A stretch of 64,000 nt of DNA from Nitrosopumilus sp. GTDB lineage: Archaea > Thermoproteota > Nitrososphaeria > Nitrososphaerales > Nitrosopumilaceae. The translations under genes and the position numbers were made by a program. The stretch is taken from NCBI GenBank assembly GCA_965205425.1, contig CBDBGZ010000004.1, forward strand, positions 64,001 through 128,000, given 5' to 3'. The notes under the pieces were generated by a model. That model was given only the letters and a program-made list of their open reading frames with translations. It had not been told where the DNA came from and did not search any database. This document shows, one piece after another, positions 58,882-64,000 of this stretch (its first letter is position 1; each line of letters opens with the position of its first letter).

Positions 58882-59227
58882 ATAGAATTACCTTTCAAAC
58901 AGATCTAAAAGATCCTTGTATCATATTTTTTTGTCTAATCGCATCAATTTTTGTTTACTTTTACAAATATTGTACTGCTACAATATTGATTGATACCAGT
59001 ACAATATCCATTGTAATGGATTCAATATTTTCAATAGCACTACAATGAATATGGTATTGGATGAATAGTTATTGTAGTGGTTTTAAAATTTTGAAAAAAT
59101 ATCAAAAAAGGCAGATCCTGGAAAAGATGTTGGTAAATCACCTACAAGGACGTTATTTTCCAAAGGGTCAAAAATAAAATTCGAGTTGACAGTTAACTTC
59201 CAGTCAACAATGAATCAACAAATAGAG

Positions 59228-60052
59228 TTACAGAGAATGTCCAGTTAGTTTCTCATATGCAGTAACATAGCGTTCTGTCATTTTTGAAATTATTCCTAGA
59301 GGAATTTTAGGTGCAATAGGTTCTTTTCCCGCATCACGAGCATCATCAAATTGTTTTTGATATCCATTTGCAGTTAACCAATCACGTAAGAGTTGTTTAT
59401 CATAAGCTTCTTGAATTTTTCCTACTTCAAAGGAATCTTTTGGCCATAGTCGATATTCATCAGGACCAATAGAATCACCCAAAGTAATTTTACCATCAAG
59501 TATACCAAATTCTAATTTTAAATCAGCAAGGATAAATCCAACATCATCTACCATCTTGGCCATTTTTTTGTAAATTTCAATTGAAGTTTGATTTAACCAA
59601 TTGTATTGTTCTTCTGTAACCAAATTCATTTCCAATGCTTTTACTTTGTTTATTGGGATATCGTGTTCTGATTTTGTGGTAGGATCAAATATTGGTTCAG
59701 GTAGTTTTGCTGCCAATGTTGTGTCAGTTCCTTCAGGTACTGAAACTTCACCTTTTTTCCATCTACTAACTAGACTTCCATAAAAATAGCCTCGAACTAC
59801 ACACTCTATTGGAAGCATATCCATCTTTTTTACAACAATCTCAGTATCAGATTCTCGTCGGATGAAATGATGTGGTACAGATAATTCATTAAACCAAAAC
59901 TCTGCAAATTTACAAAGAATTTCCCCTTTTCTTGGAATATCTTGTTTAAATTTTACATCATATGCGGAAACCCGGTCAGAAAATTTGAATAAAATACTAG
60001 ATTCATCCACATCATAAAGGTCCTTTACTTTACCACTTGTAAGAAACTTCAA
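59228..60052 (-). CDS. purC: SAICAR synthase
   Basis: GKVKDLY, SDRVSAYD, ECVVRGY, DLKLEFG, YDKQ. Confidence 0.95.
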   Translation of the reverse strand: MKFLTSGKVKDLYDVDESSILFKFSDRVSAYDVKFKQDIPRKGEILCKFAEFWFNELSVPHHFIRRESDTEIVVKKMDMLPIECVVRGYFYGSLVSRWKKGEVSVPEGTDTTLAAKLPEPIFDPTTKSEHDIPINKVKALEMNLVTEEQYNWLNQTSIEIYKKMAKMVDDVGFILADLKLEFGILDGKITLGDSIGPDEYRLWPKDSFEVGKIQEAYDKQLLRDWLTANGYQKQFDDARDAGKEPIAPKIPLGIISKMTERYVTAYEKLTGHSL

Positions 60053-60097
60053 ACAATTATGCCTGCTTTTGATAGAATTTAACTGCTAGGAGTACAA

Positions 60098-61139
60098 TAT
60101 CTTTTCCGGAAATTATTTCACCCCTTAACTAGGAGAGCATCATTCCCATACTATCGTATGCGTGGGTATCGTGGCATACCTATGGTAAAGTTAGATGAGA
60201 ATAAGATCAGGTGGATTATACAATCTAAAAATGAAAAAGTCAAGAATTTAGATATTTCAGTAATCCTCAAGATAACGCCTAGAAGAGTACAACAAGTCTA
60301 CTCTCAGTACAAAAAAACCAAAAAGATTCCCACACTCAAAAGACCAGGGCGTCCAAAAAAGCCAGTCACTGTACACGAGATAGAGCTAGTCAAACAAGTT
60401 CAAGAAAAATTTCATACAAACGCACTATACCTTGAGAAAATCATATCAAAATTGTACAATACCAAGATAAACCACAATCGCATCCACAAGATTATGCTAG
60501 ATGAAGGATTATCAGTTGAGCAACCACGGAAAAAGATGAGAAGAAAGTGGATCAGGTATGAACGTGAATATTCAAATTCACTGTGGCATACTGACTGGCA
60601 CACAATACATGATTCACGCTGGGCAGGAAAACAACTAATTGCATTTGAAGATGATGCCTCACGATTTATCACGGGTTTCGGAGTGTATGATGAGGCAACA
60701 TCTGTGAATTCTTCTGAAGTACTATCTGATGCAATAAAGAATCACGGTAGACCAGCATCTGTACTATCTGATAATGGAAAACAGTTCACATCAAATGTCA
60801 ATACTCTTGATCATAACAAGCCAGTAGACTTTGAGCAGCAACTAATGAGACATCACGTAAAGCACTCTCGTACAAGAGTGAGACATCCACAAACAAATGG
60901 TAAGCTAGAAAAGTTCTGGGATATCTTTGAGTGTAAAATAGAATACTTTGAGTCAGTGGAGCAGTTTATGCATTGGTACAATCACATTAGAGTTCATGGC
61001 GCACTAGACTTGGATAACATGGAGACACCATCTGATGCGTATCACTCCAAGATGATAACAAACGAAATACTCATAGACCCAAGCATTCTATGGAGGAATT
61101 ACTCATGAAAGTGACACGAAATAATTTCTGGAAAGAACA
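60098..61139 (+). mobile_element. IS481 type A copy 4 (transposase 60158-61108)
   Basis: 1042 bp; 15-bp TSD CTGCTAGGAGTACAA at 60083-60097 and 61140-61154. Confidence 0.96.
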
Positions 61140-61192
61140 CTGCTAGGAGTACAATGAATAAGAGATATAGTAGTTTTAGACATAATTAGATC

Positions 61193-61393
61193 ATGAGTAA
61201 TCTAGATGATTCCATAGGAAAGATACTGCTGGAACTCCAAAAAGATGATCCAGATACATTCCAGAAACTAATGAAAAAGGCCCAGGAAGAGAATCCAGAA
61301 TTATTCGAAGATGGTATTGATGAGGACAATAAGAGAATTGATGAATATAATCGTGAGATAGACGAATATAACAAAAAAGTGGATCAAGATTAG
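61193..61393 (+). CDS. Small acidic hypothetical protein
   Basis: 66 aa with IDEYN repeated twice. Confidence 0.6.
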   Translation: MSNLDDSIGKILLELQKDDPDTFQKLMKKAQEENPELFEDGIDEDNKRIDEYNREIDEYNKKVDQD

Positions 61394-61542
61394 TAACTAT
61401 ATAGATATCATAAAAAACATTATCTACATACTCAATACTCATATTTTCATCAAATCATAATTAAATTATGAAATATCACGAATTTGATTTCATTGAATGT
61501 TATGATGATGACGATTATGACTTTGATGAAGAATAAAAAAAA

Positions 61543-62358
61543 TTACATATCTTTTCTTTTAAAATTAATGATTGACAAAAAGCCACAAACCAGAATATAG
61601 AAAGTGAATACGATTACACTAATCTGATAAGTTGGAACTCCTTCTACATTTCCAAAAAAGCCTAGAAAAGAACCAGCTTCAGGAGTAAGAACAGTAACAA
61701 TAATTCCTGCAGCAAAAGTCAATAAAACACCAAAAATCATAGAAGATTCTTTGGCAACTACAGAAAGGTAAAGTTGCAGTGCAGGTAATGCCATTAACAA
61801 CAATACCAAAGTAGCAACAACAGTTATTGCAGTACTCTTAAACATTGAACTAAACAAAAATACCACACTCATCACGGCAGTAGAAACTAATAATGCAAAC
61901 AAGAAAGACCACAAAAGTTCAACAGGAATAGCACCGAAATTATACAAAAGTCCCATAGAGATAGAAATGTAGTAAATAGTGAGAATTGCAAATAATACAA
62001 TCTGAGATGCAATAAATTTACCAAGCCAGATAGATGTTCTAGTGACGGGTTCTGGGAATAGAGTATATCCTGTTTTCTGACTAAATTCAGAAGACAAAGT
62101 GTTTCCTCCAATCATAACAGCTAAAATAACTATAAGGTATAGTAGATGGGCTACTTTGATTGCAGCATATGAGGTAGGTTCAACATTAGCAAACCCCATA
62201 ACATTTTGGGTTTCAGGTAAAACGACAAAAAGTAATGTGAGTAACAGAGTTACTCCAATTACTCCAATGATTTTTTTACTGTGAACTAGTTTTTTTAACT
62301 CATGTTTAGTTACAGTAGTAATCTGTGCTTTTTGAGTAGGTAATTTTCTAGTTGTCAA
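61543..62358 (-). CDS. ABC-2 type transporter permease
   Basis: Six TM segments; SSEF..KTGY.LF..PVTR..I.LGKF. Confidence 0.9.
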   Translation of the reverse strand: MTTRKLPTQKAQITTVTKHELKKLVHSKKIIGVIGVTLLLTLLFVVLPETQNVMGFANVEPTSYAAIKVAHLLYLIVILAVMIGGNTLSSEFSQKTGYTLFPEPVTRTSIWLGKFIASQIVLFAILTIYYISISMGLLYNFGAIPVELLWSFLFALLVSTAVMSVVFLFSSMFKSTAITVVATLVLLLMALPALQLYLSVVAKESSMIFGVLLTFAAGIIVTVLTPEAGSFLGFFGNVEGVPTYQISVIVFTFYILVCGFLSIINFKRKDM

Positions 62359-62361
62359 AAT

Positions 62362-63315
62362 CTACCTCGTTGATTCGGATATCCAATCCATGTACATTTG
62401 TTCAAGATCTGAATCAACCGTATGAAATGATGTGATCTTCAGACCAATATTTTGTAGAGAAACTAGAAGATCTGCTTGCTGATCTTTTAGAATATTATGT
62501 TTGAGTAACAAAGTAGAATCATCTTGTTTGAGATCAACTATTCCATCTAACTCAATAATTGATGATATTTGTTGTGGGGAAATAGGAGAAATAGTCTGAA
62601 CTTCAATTTGTTCGGTACCAATATCAGAGATTTTTTGAAAATCAACTAGTTTTCCTTTATCAATTACAGCAATAGTATCACAGATATCTTGAATTTCGCT
62701 TAAGATATGAGAGCTGATGAATAACGTCTTACCTTGTTCTCTTAATGATTTGAATATCTCAGTCATCTCTTGTCTTCCTCTAGGATCAAGACCATCTGTG
62801 GGTTCATCCAAGATTAGTAATGAAGGGTCATGTAGTATTGCAGATGCAATTCCTACACGTTGTCTCATTCCTTTAGAAAAGGTACCAATTTTTTCTTTTT
62901 TCCATTTGGTTAGTTTGACAAGTTCCAAAACAATATTCATTCGAGATTGAATGTATTCATCATCCATGCCTCTAAGTTTACCAAAATAAGACATGATATC
63001 TTCAGGAGTAAGATAAGATACAAACGAAGGAGTTTCAACTAAAGATCCTACATCAAACAAAGCATGTCGAATATCTTTTGTAACATCAAATCCATTGATA
63101 TATGCAGTTCCATAAGTTGGAGATATAGTTCCAGTGAGAATTTTGATGGTGGTAGATTTTCCTGCACCATTGGGACCTACAAATGCAACAGCAGTACCGC
63201 GCTTAATGTGAAGATTGAGTTTGTTTACTGATGCAGTTACACCGTACACTTTGGTAAGATTTTCCAATACCAAAATATCATTATCAGATTTTGTAGTTTG
63301 AGACATCAGATACAC
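62362..63315 (-). CDS. ABC transporter ATP-binding protein
   Basis: GPNGAGKST, FSKGM, LILDEPT, SSH. Confidence 0.95.
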   Translation of the reverse strand: MYLMSQTTKSDNDILVLENLTKVYGVTASVNKLNLHIKRGTAVAFVGPNGAGKSTTIKILTGTISPTYGTAYINGFDVTKDIRHALFDVGSLVETPSFVSYLTPEDIMSYFGKLRGMDDEYIQSRMNIVLELVKLTKWKKEKIGTFSKGMRQRVGIASAILHDPSLLILDEPTDGLDPRGRQEMTEIFKSLREQGKTLFISSHILSEIQDICDTIAVIDKGKLVDFQKISDIGTEQIEVQTISPISPQQISSIIELDGIVDLKQDDSTLLLKHNILKDQQADLLVSLQNIGLKITSFHTVDSDLEQMYMDWISESTR

Positions 63316-63434
63316 TCCAACGTTTAAGAAGATATAAAACTCATGGTGTGATAATAATGAAAATCACATACTATTATTTTACTAACCCTCATGTCGTTTA
63401 TTTTACAATATTATAATCAAGTGCCATGCTACAA

Positions 63435-63713
63435 CTATTTTATTTGAACACCATTCCAAAATGCCACCATTCCTTTAATTTTAGAGGCGGCATCATTTGG
63501 TTCAGCATAATACCAAGCACAATCTTTGTTAGTTTTTCCATTAACTTCTACAGAATAATAGTTGGCCATTCCTTTCCATCCACAAAAAGTGGTTAATTCA
63601 GTTTTTTTGAAATATTCTTGCTTGATTGAATTAAATGGAAAATAGGGATTTCCTTCTACTTCAATGGTATCATCACTTTCTGCAATTACTACATCATTCC
63701 ATATTGCTTGCAT
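63435..63713 (-). CDS. DUF427 domain protein
   Basis: IAES...VEGNPYFP...CGWKG.ANYY...AWYY. Confidence 0.9.
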   Translation of the reverse strand: MQAIWNDVVIAESDDTIEVEGNPYFPFNSIKQEYFKKTELTTFCGWKGMANYYSVEVNGKTNKDCAWYYAEPNDAASKIKGMVAFWNGVQIK

Positions 63714-63761
63714 GATTAAAGAAATTTTTTAACGATATTTAATCAATTCTCTGAATTAACA

Positions 63762-64000
63762 CTAGTTTGTTGCCTTTACTTGTTCACGTTTTGTAAAATC
63801 GGGTTTTATTCCCAAGGAATCATAGTTTCCAGAAGAACAAGTGAAGCACATGGAATCTTTTGGAATTCCTACGGCATCAGCTAAATTTTCAGCATCATTA
63901 TATCCCAAAAAGTCAACTCCAATACTTTGTCTTACCATCTCAGTAATCTCATTACTAGTCATAGTTTTTCCATCAGTGTATGTTGCAAGTTCTTCTTGAG
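63762..64000 (-). CDS. purF: Amidophosphoribosyltransferase, 3' end (partial)
   Basis: QEELA...IGVDFLGY...CFTCSSGNY matches the PurF C-terminus; purC is nearby. Confidence 0.85.
   Translation of the reverse strand, partial: QEELATYTDGKTMTSNEITEMVRQSIGVDFLGYNDAENLADAVGIPKDSMCFTCSSGNYDSLGIKPDFTKREQVKATN

Overview
AT-rich archaeal chromosome segment from an ammonia-oxidising Nitrososphaerota member of the Nitrosopumilaceae (Nitrosopumilus-like 16S/23S rRNA, ribosomal proteins, HMG-CoA synthase, methylmalonyl-CoA mutase small subunit). Core loci: hmgS, hemL, a 16S-23S rRNA operon, parB-like gene, proteasome alpha, the L3-L6 ribosomal protein cluster, tRNA-Asn, purC and the 3' end of purF. These are embedded in an unusually dense field of insertion sequences (roughly 30% of the window by my manual sum): three IS630 types, two IS481 types, several IS5/DDE_Tnp_1 types, IS1595, IS66, IS110, an ISH3-like fragment and MITEs. 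Many are nested, frameshifted or recombined. Most notable observations: (1) a twice-occurring two-gene module of a secreted metzincin (matrixin-like) protease plus a secreted partner with a TIMP/NTR-like pattern; (2) a secreted Kazal + DUF4377 + Kunitz protein; (3) an IS481 copy carrying the left terminus of a different IS481 element; (4) a structured leader on a truncated IS110 (possible bridge RNA); (5) a dispersed 22-bp palindrome with a compensatory change. All family assignments come from motif recognition by eye; no searches were run.
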